Made by a program: the position numbers and the translations under genes
Assembly (NCBI GenBank): GCA_963770895.1
Contig: CAVYRF010000002.1
Location: 1,984,001-2,048,000 of the forward strand
DNA from: an uncultured Acidobacteriota bacterium
GTDB lineage: Bacteria > Acidobacteriota > Thermoanaerobaculia > Multivoradales > UBA5704
Reading direction: 5' to 3'
DNA: 64,000 bases
In this document: one piece after another, positions 55,488 to 64,000 of the stretch
How positions within the stretch are numbered: the first letter of the stretch is position 1
How the letters are laid out: every line of letters starts with the position of its first letter
The notes under the pieces: generated by a model
What the model was told of the DNA's origin: nothing
Database searches by the model: none
The model's input: only the letters and a program-made list of their open reading frames with translations

Positions 55488-56786
55488 ATGATCGAACGCC
55501 TGTTCAAGGTGCGCGCCTGCGGGTCGACGCTGGCGCGCGAATGCCTGGGAGGTGTCGCGACCTTCCTGACCATGGCCTACATCCTGGCGGTCAATCCGGT
55601 CTTCATGGTCGCGGCGGGCATGCCGCTGCCGGCGGCGATCGCCGCCACCGCGGTGGCCGCCGCCGGCGCCACGCTGCTGATGGGGCTGGCCGCCAACTAC
55701 CCCATCGCGCTCGCTCCCGGCATGGGGATGAACGCCTTCTTCGCCTACGGCATCTGCGTCGGCGCCAAGGTGCCCTGGCAGACCGCCCTGGGCATCGTGT
55801 TCTGGAGCGGCGTCGCCTTTCTGGCGCTGACGGTCACCGGCGCGCGCCGGCTGCTGGTGCGGGCGATGCCGCCGGTGTTGCAGCTGGCAGGCGCGGCGGG
55901 CATCGGGCTGTTCATCGCCTTCATCGGGCTGCAGCACGGCGGCCTGGTGAAGGCCGACGCCAACACCCTGGTGACGCTCGGGGACCTGCGGGCGCCCGGC
56001 GCCTGGCTGACCCTGGCGGGGGTCGCGTTCATCCTGGTGCTGCTCGCCGCCGGGGTGCGCACGGCGATCTTCTGGGGCCTGGCCGCGACGCTGGCCGCGG
56101 CGCTGGCAGGCGGCCTGGTGCACGCGCCGGCGCGGCTCTTCGCGGTGCCGGCGGTGGCGCTGCCCGGCGGTGCCATCGACCTGCTCGGCGCCCTGCGGCC
56201 GCAGTACGTGCCGCTGATGCTGGTGGTGCTGTTCTTTGCGCTGTTCGACACGCTGGGGACGCTGCTCGGCCTGGCGCACCAGGCGGGGCTGCTGCGCCAC
56301 GGCGAGCTGCCGCGCATCGAGCGGGCGCTGGCGGCGGATGCCGTGGGGATGGTGGGCGGCGCCCTGTGCGGCACCTCGCCGGTGACGGCCTACATCGAGA
56401 GCGGCGCCGGGATCGCGGTCGGGGCGCGCACCGGCCTGGCGAGCGTGGTCACCGCCGTGCTGCTGGCGGCGTCGCTGCTGTGGATCCCGCTGGTGGAGAT
56501 GGTGAGCCAGGCCGGCTTCATCACCGCGCCGGCGCTCATCCTGGTGGGCCTGCTGATGCTGCGGGCGGTGCGCGAGATCGACTGGGCGGACCTGACCGAG
56601 GCCGCCCCCGCCTTCTTCACCGCGCTGTTGATGCCGCTCACTTTCAACATCTCGCACGGCCTGGCGGCAGGCATCGTGGTGTACGTGGTGGTCAAGCTCG
56701 CGGCGCGGCGCGGCCGCGAGGTGCACTGGCTGATGGGGGTGCTGGCCGTGCTGGTGATCCTGCGCTACGCGCTGCTGCCCGCCTGA
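55488..56786 (+). CDS. NCS2/AzgA-family nucleobase permease
   Basis: TFLTMAYILAVNP, ALAPGMGMNAFF, FDTLGT and TAYIESGAGI..GARTG. Confidence 0.92.
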   Translation: MIERLFKVRACGSTLARECLGGVATFLTMAYILAVNPVFMVAAGMPLPAAIAATAVAAAGATLLMGLAANYPIALAPGMGMNAFFAYGICVGAKVPWQTALGIVFWSGVAFLALTVTGARRLLVRAMPPVLQLAGAAGIGLFIAFIGLQHGGLVKADANTLVTLGDLRAPGAWLTLAGVAFILVLLAAGVRTAIFWGLAATLAAALAGGLVHAPARLFAVPAVALPGGAIDLLGALRPQYVPLMLVVLFFALFDTLGTLLGLAHQAGLLRHGELPRIERALAADAVGMVGGALCGTSPVTAYIESGAGIAVGARTGLASVVTAVLLAASLLWIPLVEMVSQAGFITAPALILVGLLMLRAVREIDWADLTEAAPAFFTALLMPLTFNISHGLAAGIVVYVVVKLAARRGREVHWLMGVLAVLVILRYALLPA

Positions 56787-56867
56787 GCGGATGGGGCCGG
56801 CCAGCGGACCGCCGCGCGCCTGCCGTGCCGCCGGCGGCCGGCGGGGCCGTCAGGGCTCGCGTCGCTG

Positions 56868-57302
56868 TCAAGGCATGCGGTCGTGCATGTAGCGCAGCAA
56901 CCGGTGGAAGCCGCCCAGCATCTCGGCCATCGCCTGCTCCTCTTCGGGCGGCAGCGGCTCCTCGCAGCCCAGGATCTGGTAGAGGCTCGGCGGTGCCGTC
57001 CGGGCGGCGCCGGAGCCGGCCGGGCCGGCGCTCCGCCAGTCGTCGGAAGGCGTGCCGGCGCCGCGCAACGCTTCGGGGCGCCCGTTGACGATCTGCAAGG
57101 CGTTGTGCAGATCGTTCAGGTCGCAGAGCAGGGCATCCAGGATCTTTTCCAGCGTGTCCAGCGAAGGCTTCTGCTTGCCGGTTTCGTAGGCGGACAGCAT
57201 GGCCTTGGTGATGCCCGCATCCGCCGCCACCTGGTACTGCCGCCTGTTCTGTCTTTCGCGTAGCCAGCGCAGCGCCCTGCCGAGGCCATCGAAGATTGGC
57301 AT
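56868..57302 (-). CDS. XRE-family HTH regulator
   Basis: LRWLRERQNRRQYQVAADAGITKAMLSAYETGKQKPSLDTLEKIL. Confidence 0.9.
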   Translation of the reverse strand: MPIFDGLGRALRWLRERQNRRQYQVAADAGITKAMLSAYETGKQKPSLDTLEKILDALLCDLNDLHNALQIVNGRPEALRGAGTPSDDWRSAGPAGSGAARTAPPSLYQILGCEEPLPPEEEQAMAEMLGGFHRLLRYMHDRMP

Positions 57303-57405
57303 GCCCCCGAATGTATCCTCAAGGCTCTTGCTGAGGCAAGCGCAAACGATTGGAAATAAATAACTTAGATCGATATCCAGGACCTGTCGGCAGACTTTTT
57401 ATTAC

Positions 57406-57434
57406 TTGACAGCGAGATTGGCGACATCTACAGT
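57406..57434 (+). promoter_or_regulatory. Sigma70-type promoter in the divergent intergenic region
   Basis: TTGACA-17 bp-TACAGT, flanked by inverted TGTCGGC (57384) and GCCGACA (57442). Confidence 0.6.
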
Positions 57435-57532
57435 TGTTGGGGCCGACAACATGTATTCGAAAGGCGCCCCAGCTCACGGCCGGGAACCTTGGGGATCACC
57501 CCTCCTCTACCTCCAATTGGGAGATGCGCGCA

Positions 57533-58441
57533 ATGTCCTGGAGCGGCGCCGGCGGACCCTCCGACCCCCACCCTGGTCAAGACCTGCTGGAACGCTTCAT
57601 GCGCAACGAGGTCTCGGCAACCGAGCGGCGCCAGGTCGTGCGCCACCTGCTCGCCGGTTGCGCGCGCTGCGTCGCCGTCACTCGGGAGCTCTGGGCGCTC
57701 GGCAAGCCGGACGCCCGCGCCCGCCGCTCAGGCCTCGCCGCGGCCGGCCTCGCCGCCGCGCCCCCCGTCGCCGCTGCTCTGAATCTCACCGCTCCATCAC
57801 CCGGCGGCGCCACCCAGGGCGGCCCGGCGCCCGGCGCCGCCAAGCTCGACCTGTTCGCCGATCTGGCCGCGGACCATGGCGATGCGGACGATGCGGATCG
57901 CCAGCTGACCCGCGCCGTCGAGCTCTACCGGGCCGCATCCGATGCCCCGGGCGCAGCGCAGGATGCAGCGCTGGACGAAGCGCTGGGCGCGGCGGTCCGA
58001 GCCCAGGTGCTGTTCCAGCAGCTGGCACTCCCTGCCGCCGCCGCGGACGCCCGCCGCCTGCAGGGCCAGATCGAGGTCGCTCTGGGACGGCCGGCGGACG
58101 CCGAAGACAGCCTGTCCGCCGCCGCCGACGCGCTCGCCCGGCACGGCATGGGGCGCGGCGCCGCCCTGGCCCAGGTCCAGCTGGGGCTGCTGCTGGCCCG
58201 CCAGGGGCGGACCGAAGACCTGCGCCGCCTGGGCCTCGCCGCCCGGCCGCCGCTCTTTGCCGGCGACGCCGCCTGGGGGTGGACCGCGGCGCTGCTGGTC
58301 TTCCAGCGCCAGGCCGCCGCCGCCCCCGACGATGCCGCCACCCTGCAGGCCCTGGCGCACTACCTGGCGTCCCCGCCCGCCGCCCACCGGCGTCCCGGCC
58401 CGGCGTCCGCGGGGTCCGCCTGGTCCGCCGGCGTCTGCTGA
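57533..58441 (+). CDS. Hypothetical protein with a zf-HC2-like N-terminus and a TPR-like helical region
   Basis: HP...LLERF...VVRHLLAGCARC followed by Ala/Leu-rich helices; the start could be 57524. Confidence 0.65.
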   Translation: MSWSGAGGPSDPHPGQDLLERFMRNEVSATERRQVVRHLLAGCARCVAVTRELWALGKPDARARRSGLAAAGLAAAPPVAAALNLTAPSPGGATQGGPAPGAAKLDLFADLAADHGDADDADRQLTRAVELYRAASDAPGAAQDAALDEALGAAVRAQVLFQQLALPAAAADARRLQGQIEVALGRPADAEDSLSAAADALARHGMGRGAALAQVQLGLLLARQGRTEDLRRLGLAARPPLFAGDAAWGWTAALLVFQRQAAAAPDDAATLQALAHYLASPPAAHRRPGPASAGSAWSAGVC

Positions 58442-58472
58442 CCGGCTCGACGCAACGTGTACACTGCGGCGG

Positions 58473-61040
58473 GTGAGCGCCGCCGCAGCTGAAGCATCCG
58501 AACCGCAGTTTCGCCTGTCACCGGCCAGCGCGCAGGCGCTGGAGCTGCCGAGCCTGCTGGCGGTGTTGTCGCGGTTGGCGGCGACGGACCTGGGCCGGGC
58601 GCGCGTCCTGGGCTTGCGGCCGTTCGCGTCGGCGACGGCGCTCGACGTGCACCGCGGCCGCTTCCAGGAGGCGTCGCGGCTGGTGGCCGACGCCGCGCTG
58701 GTGCCCGACTTCGACGTGCCGGTGGGGGACCTGCTGCGGCGGCTCGCCTCGGGCACGCCGCCGATCGAAGGCGTCGACCTGGTGCGCCTCGCCGATCTTG
58801 CCAAGGCGGGCCGCGCCGCGGTCGCGCGCGTGCGTGCCGGGGACCCGCCCTGTCCGCTGCTGGGCGAGCTGGCCGCCGCGGTGCCGGACGTCGAGCCGCT
58901 GCTGCGGCGCATCGACCGCACGCTCGACCGCCGCGGCCAGGTGCGGGAAGACGCCAGCCCGCGCCTGGTGGCGCTGCGCCGCCAGATCCGCCAGGTGCGC
59001 GACGTGCTGTACAAGGAGCTGGGCGACTACGTTGCCACCCACCGCGGCGACCTCTCCGAAGAGACCATTCCGATGCGCGGCGGGCGCCTGGTCCTGGTCC
59101 TGGCCGCCGGCTCGCGCGGCCGCCCCGGCGGCACCGGCCTGGTCCACGGCCGGTCGGCGACCGGCAAGAGCTTCTACTTCGAGCCGCTGCAGGTGGTGGA
59201 ATCCAACAACAGCTTGCAGCAGGCGAGCGACGACGAGGAGGCCGAGCGGCGGCGCATCCTGGCCGAGCTGATGGGCGAAGCGCGCGCCGCGCTGCCGCAG
59301 CTCGCCGCCCACGCCGGCTTCATCGGCGAGCTCGACCTGCTGCAGGCGGCGGTGCGCTTCGCCGCGCTGTGCGACGGGCGGCTGGCGGACCTGGCGCCCG
59401 CCGGCGGCGAGCTGATCCTGCGCGCCGCGCGCCACCCGCTGCTGGACCCGTGCATGGCGACGCTGCGCGCCGAAGCGCTCGGCCAGGCCGGGCACGGCGG
59501 CGCGGTGGTGCCGCTCGACGTCGAGCTGGACCCGGATCGGCGCATCCTGGTGATCACCGGCCCCAACGCCGGCGGCAAGACGGTGGCGCTCAAGACCGTC
59601 GGCCTGCTCGCCCTGGCGACGCAGTGCGGCCTGCCGATCCCCGCCGCCGCCGGCAGCCGGGTGCCGCGGTTGGGCGCCGTGGTGGCGACGGTGGGCGACG
59701 AACAGGACCTGCTCGCCGACCGGTCCACGTTCAGCGGCCGCCTGCTGCGCCTGCGCGAGGTGTGGGACCAGGCGGACCGCGACGTGCTGGTGCTGCTCGA
59801 CGAGCTGGGCTCGGGCACCGACCCGGACGAGGGGGCGGCGCTCTCCATCGCGCTGCTCGAAGGCCTGCTGGAGCGCGGCGCCCTGGGGGTCATCACCACC
59901 CACCTGGTGCAGCTCGCCGCGGCCGCGCTGGAAATGCGCGGCGCCGCCTGCGCCGCCATGGAGTTCGAGCGCGAGACCGGCCGCCCGACGTTCCGCCTGA
60001 TGCCCGGTCCGCCGGGCGGCAGCGAGGCGCTGGCCCTGGCGCGCCGCCTGGGCCTGCCGGCCGAGCTGCTCGATCGCGCCGAGGCGCTTCTGGGCAGCGA
60101 CCGGCGCGATCTGCGGCGCCTCATCGCCGAGGTCGAGGAGCTGCGGCAGCAGCTGGCCGGCGAGCAGCGGCGCCTCCAGGAGGAGAGCGCCGACGCCGAA
60201 AAGCTGCGCCTGCGCCTGGCGGCCGAGCTGCGCACCCTGGAGCAGGAGCGCCGCGAGGTGGCCGGCAAGACCCGCTCTCAGCTCGAAGCGTTCCGTCGCG
60301 AGACGGCGGACCGGCTGCGCCAGGAAGTCGCGCGGCTGGAGGAGAGCTTCGCCGCCGGCCGCCGGCGCGGCCTGGCCGCCGAAGCGGTCGAGCGGCTGTT
60401 CGCCGCGGCCCCCCAGCTGGCCGGTGGGCCGCAGGAAGACGACACCGCGGGCGAGCTGGTGGTCGGCAGCGAGGTGCGGCACCGCGGCCTGGGCTGGCGC
60501 GGCGTGCTGAGCAAGCTGGAGGGCGAGCGCGCCGAAGTGCTGGTGCGCGGCAAGCGGGTGCGCACCGGCGCCGCCGACCTGGTGCCGGCGACGGGCACCG
60601 CCGGCGAGCCGCCGGCGCCGGCGCGCTCGGGCGCGGCAGCGGCCCTGGCGCACCGCGACCGCGCCGGTGTGCGCGCGGTGGTCGCGATGTCTGCGTCTGC
60701 GTCTGCGTCGGCGGCGTCGGCGTCGGCGGCGGCGGCGGGCGGGCGGGGCGGTGGCGGCGACCTGGACGAGGCGACGGCGGTGCCCGCTGAGATCAACCTG
60801 ATCGGCGTGCGGGTGGAGCCGGCGCTTGCCGAGCTCGACAGCTACCTGGACCGCGCCCTGCTGGCGGCGCGGCGCGAGGTGCGGGTGATCCACGGCCACG
60901 GCACCGGCCGCCTGCGCCAGGCCGTGCGCGAGCACCTGCGCGGCCACGCCGCCGTGGCGGAAGTGCGCAGCGGCGCCCCCGACGAAGGCGGCAACGGCGC
61001 CACCGTGGTCACCCTGCGCGGCCGCGGCGCCGACCGCTGA
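58473..61040 (+). CDS. mutS2: MutS2 family protein with Smr domain
   Basis: ITGPNAGGKT, STFSG, LLDELGSGTDPDEG and IHGHGTGRLR...GGNGAT. Confidence 0.95.
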   Translation: MSAAAAEASEPQFRLSPASAQALELPSLLAVLSRLAATDLGRARVLGLRPFASATALDVHRGRFQEASRLVADAALVPDFDVPVGDLLRRLASGTPPIEGVDLVRLADLAKAGRAAVARVRAGDPPCPLLGELAAAVPDVEPLLRRIDRTLDRRGQVREDASPRLVALRRQIRQVRDVLYKELGDYVATHRGDLSEETIPMRGGRLVLVLAAGSRGRPGGTGLVHGRSATGKSFYFEPLQVVESNNSLQQASDDEEAERRRILAELMGEARAALPQLAAHAGFIGELDLLQAAVRFAALCDGRLADLAPAGGELILRAARHPLLDPCMATLRAEALGQAGHGGAVVPLDVELDPDRRILVITGPNAGGKTVALKTVGLLALATQCGLPIPAAAGSRVPRLGAVVATVGDEQDLLADRSTFSGRLLRLREVWDQADRDVLVLLDELGSGTDPDEGAALSIALLEGLLERGALGVITTHLVQLAAAALEMRGAACAAMEFERETGRPTFRLMPGPPGGSEALALARRLGLPAELLDRAEALLGSDRRDLRRLIAEVEELRQQLAGEQRRLQEESADAEKLRLRLAAELRTLEQERREVAGKTRSQLEAFRRETADRLRQEVARLEESFAAGRRRGLAAEAVERLFAAAPQLAGGPQEDDTAGELVVGSEVRHRGLGWRGVLSKLEGERAEVLVRGKRVRTGAADLVPATGTAGEPPAPARSGAAAALAHRDRAGVRAVVAMSASASASAASASAAAAGGRGGGGDLDEATAVPAEINLIGVRVEPALAELDSYLDRALLAARREVRVIHGHGTGRLRQAVREHLRGHAAVAEVRSGAPDEGGNGATVVTLRGRGADR

Positions 61041-61052
61041 CCCATCGTGCAG

Positions 61053-61124
61053 CCCGCCGGTCCCGGCGGTCGTGCCGACCCCGCCGGTCCCGCCGCCCCC
61101 GCCGACCCCGCCGACCCCGCCGAT
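61053..61124. repeat. Eight copies of a 9-bp intergenic tandem repeat
   Basis: CCCGCCG(G/A)(T/C)-like units between mutS2 and dnaG. Confidence 0.75.
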
Positions 61125-61176
61125 TGGCAGCGGCGCGAAATGCGCGGCACTCCGCTCCTGTTACCGTTCTATCGGT

Positions 61177-63057
61177 ATGCCCTTCGGTAACGTCAATCTG
61201 ACCCCGCAGCTGGTGCAGGCGGTGCGCGACGCGGTGGACATCGTGGCCATCGCCTCCGAGCACACGCGCCTGCGCAAGGCGGGGCGCCGCCACGAAGGCC
61301 TCTGCCCGCTGCACAAGGAAAAGTCGCCGTCGTTCAGCGTCGACCCGGTGCAGGGGCTGTTCTACTGCTTCGGCTGCGGCGCCGGCGGCGACGCGATCAA
61401 GCTGCACATGCTCGCCAGCGGCGACGACTTCCCGGCCGCGATCGAGACGCTGGCCGGCCGCTACGGCATTCCGCTGCCGGCCCGCGCGGTGCGCGCCGGC
61501 GGCCAGCCCGAGCGCGACCTGGAAGGCGCGCTCACCGCGGCGGCAAAGTTCTTCGCCACCCAGCTGCGCAAGTCCACCCTGGCGCAGGGATACCTGGCCC
61601 AGCGGCGGGTGTCGCTCGAGCTGGCCGACCGCTTCGGTCTGGGTTACGCGCCGGACGGCTGGCGGGGGCTCACCGAAGCGCTGTCGTCGCGGGTGCCGGC
61701 GGCGGACCTCGAGGCTGCCGGTCTGGCCGGCCGGTCGGAGCGCAGCAGCCAGCTGTTCGACCGCTTCCGCCATCGCCTCATCTTTCCCATCCACAATGCG
61801 TCGGGGCGGCTGGTCGGCTTCGGCGGCCGCACCCTGGGCGACGACAAGGCGAAGTACATCAACACCGCCGAAACCGACCGCTTCCACAAGGGGCAGCTGC
61901 TGTACGGCCTCTTTCAGGCGCGGCAGGAGATCCGCGAAAGCCGCCAGGCGGTGCTGGTCGAAGGCTATTTCGACGTCATCGGCACGGTGGCGTGCGGCCG
62001 GCTGGGCGCCATCGCGGGCATGGGCACGGCGCTCACCCAGGAACAGGCGCGGCTCCTGTCCCGCTATGCCGACGAAGTGGTCGTCGCCTACGACGGCGAC
62101 CGCGCCGGCGAGGCAGCCTTCGAGCGCGCCCTGCCGGTGCTGCTGTCCGAAGGGCTGAGCGTCAAGCGGGCGCGCTTCGCCGAAGGGCACGATCCCGACT
62201 CGTTGCGCCTGGCGGAGGGGGCCGGCGCGGTGGCGGCGGCGATCGACGGAGCGGAAGATGCCGTGGTGCTGGCGCTGCGCCGGGCGATCCCGGCGCCCAG
62301 CTCCAGCCCGCAGCGCAAGGCGGTCGCGGCGAGCGCCGTGGCGGCGCTGCTGCAGCCGATCCGCGACCCCCTGGTGCGCCACGAATACGAGCGGCGCGCG
62401 GCCGAGCTGCTGGGCGTCGCGGAAAAGGAATTTGCCGGCCGCCTCAAGGAGTTGAAAGGGTGGCAGGGCCTTGGCCCCGCGTCGCAGGCAGCCGGTTCCT
62501 CCTCCCCCGCATCTGCTTCTTCTTCGTCGTCATCGGCGGCTTCGCCCGCGGGCGGTGGCGCCGGAGGCCGCGGCGGCGCCGCGGGGTGGCAGGGCGGGCC
62601 GATCGAACGCCGTTGGAGCGTCGAGGAGCAGGTGCTGGCCAGCCTGCTGTCGCAGGGGGGCGAAACCGAGTCGCTGCCGCCCTGGTCCGAGCTGCCGGCA
62701 GAAGAGGTGTTCTTCGATCCCGAATGCAGGAATATTTACCGTGCCTTTGGCACTCTATATGCCAAGGGCACCGCGCCCGAACCTCGGGCCGTGGCCTCGG
62801 AGATGGCCTCGCAAGGGGCAGCGGTTGACCGGATGGCGCAGATTCTGCTAGAAAAGTCGTTTGACCCGGCGAAAGCCGGGCTTTTGGCGTCTATTGACAA
62901 GCTGGTCCGCCGCTGGCGCCAGCAACGTCTCCGCGAGCTGCTCAGCGCCATTGCGGAGGCGCAGCGCCGAGGCGACCAGGCACGCCTGACCGCCCTGTTG
63001 GAGGAAAAGACGAGCCTCAGCCGCGAGCTGCACCAGGGTGCCGCCCGCCTGCGCTGA
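61177..63057 (+). CDS. dnaG: DNA primase
   Basis: CPLHKEKSPSF..FYCFGC, FGGR, KYIN and VEGYFDV..YDGD. Confidence 0.97.
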   Translation: MPFGNVNLTPQLVQAVRDAVDIVAIASEHTRLRKAGRRHEGLCPLHKEKSPSFSVDPVQGLFYCFGCGAGGDAIKLHMLASGDDFPAAIETLAGRYGIPLPARAVRAGGQPERDLEGALTAAAKFFATQLRKSTLAQGYLAQRRVSLELADRFGLGYAPDGWRGLTEALSSRVPAADLEAAGLAGRSERSSQLFDRFRHRLIFPIHNASGRLVGFGGRTLGDDKAKYINTAETDRFHKGQLLYGLFQARQEIRESRQAVLVEGYFDVIGTVACGRLGAIAGMGTALTQEQARLLSRYADEVVVAYDGDRAGEAAFERALPVLLSEGLSVKRARFAEGHDPDSLRLAEGAGAVAAAIDGAEDAVVLALRRAIPAPSSSPQRKAVAASAVAALLQPIRDPLVRHEYERRAAELLGVAEKEFAGRLKELKGWQGLGPASQAAGSSSPASASSSSSSAASPAGGGAGGRGGAAGWQGGPIERRWSVEEQVLASLLSQGGETESLPPWSELPAEEVFFDPECRNIYRAFGTLYAKGTAPEPRAVASEMASQGAAVDRMAQILLEKSFDPAKAGLLASIDKLVRRWRQQRLRELLSAIAEAQRRGDQARLTALLEEKTSLSRELHQGAARLR

Positions 63058-63144
63058 CGCCCTGCCGTCCATGCCGTGGCTCGCGCCCATCCGTCGCCGC
63101 CCGGGGTCGCCCTGGGCACCTCCCAGAACCGAGAGGAGAACGCT

Positions 63145-64000
63145 TTGACCATTTCCAGCCTTGCACCTGTCGAAGAGAAATACACCACGGTGAAGCAGCT
63201 CATCGAACTGGGTAAGGAGAAGGGCTATCTCCTCTACGACGAGATCTACGAGAGCCTGCCCGAAGAGGTGGTCAGCCTCCCCGACGAGCTCGACGAGATC
63301 TACATCCGCTTTGCCGACCTGGGCATCGACGTCATCGATCGCCCCGAGCGCTACCAGAACCGCGACGATTTCGAATCGGGCGCCAGCGAATTCGACAAGA
63401 AGGAAGATGAAACCACCGAATTCGGCCTGACCACCCACGAGAAGACCAACGACCCGGTGCGCATGTACCTGCGCGAGATGGGCACCGTGCCGCTGCTCGA
63501 CCGCGAGGGTGAAGTGGAGATCGCCCAGCGCATCGAGCAGGGCGAATGGATGATCTACGAAGCCCTGTGCGAAAACCCGGTGGTGCTGCGCGAGCTGCTG
63601 CGGCTCAACGAAATGGCCGCCCGCGACAAGCGCATCCTGCGCGAGCTGGTGGCGGCCGACCCCGACGAGCCGCTCGACCCCAAGGCGTCGGACCGCATCC
63701 GCGGCAACCTCAAGATCTTCGAGCAGATCGCGGTCAACGACCACGACATCCAGGAGCTGCGCAAGCGGCAGAAGCGGTGCAAGCCCGACGGCGAAAAGTA
63801 CCTGGAGATCGAGCGCGAGATCGACCGGCTGGTGGCCAAGATCGCCAAGGACATCCGCACCATCGACTTCAGCGTCCAGACCCGCAATCGGCTGGTGGAC
63901 TTCCTGAAGGACATCGACAAGCAGTTCTCCCGCTTCGAGCAGGACATCAAGCGGGCGCAGACGGCGCTCAAGCGCGAGATCAACGACGACCTCAAGGCGA
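63145..64000 (+). CDS. rpoD: RNA polymerase sigma factor RpoD, 5' part
   Basis: TTG start after GAGGAG; VKQLIELGKEKGYLLYDEI and TNDPVRMYLREMGTVPLLDREGEVEIAQRIE; follows dnaG; runs off the window and is absent from the ORF track. Confidence 0.95.
   Translation, partial: MTISSLAPVEEKYTTVKQLIELGKEKGYLLYDEIYESLPEEVVSLPDELDEIYIRFADLGIDVIDRPERYQNRDDFESGASEFDKKEDETTEFGLTTHEKTNDPVRMYLREMGTVPLLDREGEVEIAQRIEQGEWMIYEALCENPVVLRELLRLNEMAARDKRILRELVAADPDEPLDPKASDRIRGNLKIFEQIAVNDHDIQELRKRQKRCKPDGEKYLEIEREIDRLVAKIAKDIRTIDFSVQTRNRLVDFLKDIDKQFSRFEQDIKRAQTALKREINDDLKA

Noticed and set aside
60688-60740. (GTCTGC/GTCGGC)n repeat in mutS2
   Set aside because: In-frame low-complexity Ser/Ala linker before the Smr domain; such linkers are common in this window.
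61053-61124. CRISPR-like array
   Set aside because: Contiguous 9-bp units with no spacers, and no cas genes in the window.

Overview
This is high-GC DNA whose gene content suggests Acidobacteriota, probably Thermoanaerobaculia (ADOP/PadR pair, YfhO/GT-C genes, lineage-typical hypotheticals); the taxonomy is inferred. (1) 1-13051 holds two tandem integrative elements at a minus-strand tRNA-Arg(ACG). The complete one spans 3231-13023 (about 9.8 kb, 49-bp att repeat, arm-type repeats at both ends). It carries a tyrosine integrase, a membrane protein, a Dcm + GHKL-ATPase/nuclease + Vsr cassette, a cos-like motif, AlpA and an XRE regulator. It also carries a hidden 53-aa Cys/Ser/Thr-rich RiPP-like precursor gene split by a 612-bp transposase-less element (43-bp TIRs, 5-bp TSD). 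The partial left element has a second copy of the cos-like motif, a DUF2280 gene, TA genes and an integrase remnant. (2) 13.2-20.8 kb contains a decayed ADOP permease with PadR, a basic DNA-binding-like protein, a secreted repeat protein and a sulfatase-fold protein. (3) 20.9-47.7 kb is a single 8912-aa hybrid NRPS-PKS, T-[C-A-T]x5-KS-AT-KR(inactive)-ACP-C-A-T-TE, with no starter enzyme in the window. It is flanked at 47.8-54.6 kb by ABC ATPase, YfhO, aminotransferase, GT2 and GT-C genes. (4) 54.6-64 kb is mostly core genes: pyrF, an NCS2 permease, XRE and TPR-like proteins, mutS2, dnaG and partial rpoD. All family calls come from motif recognition by eye; no database searches were run.
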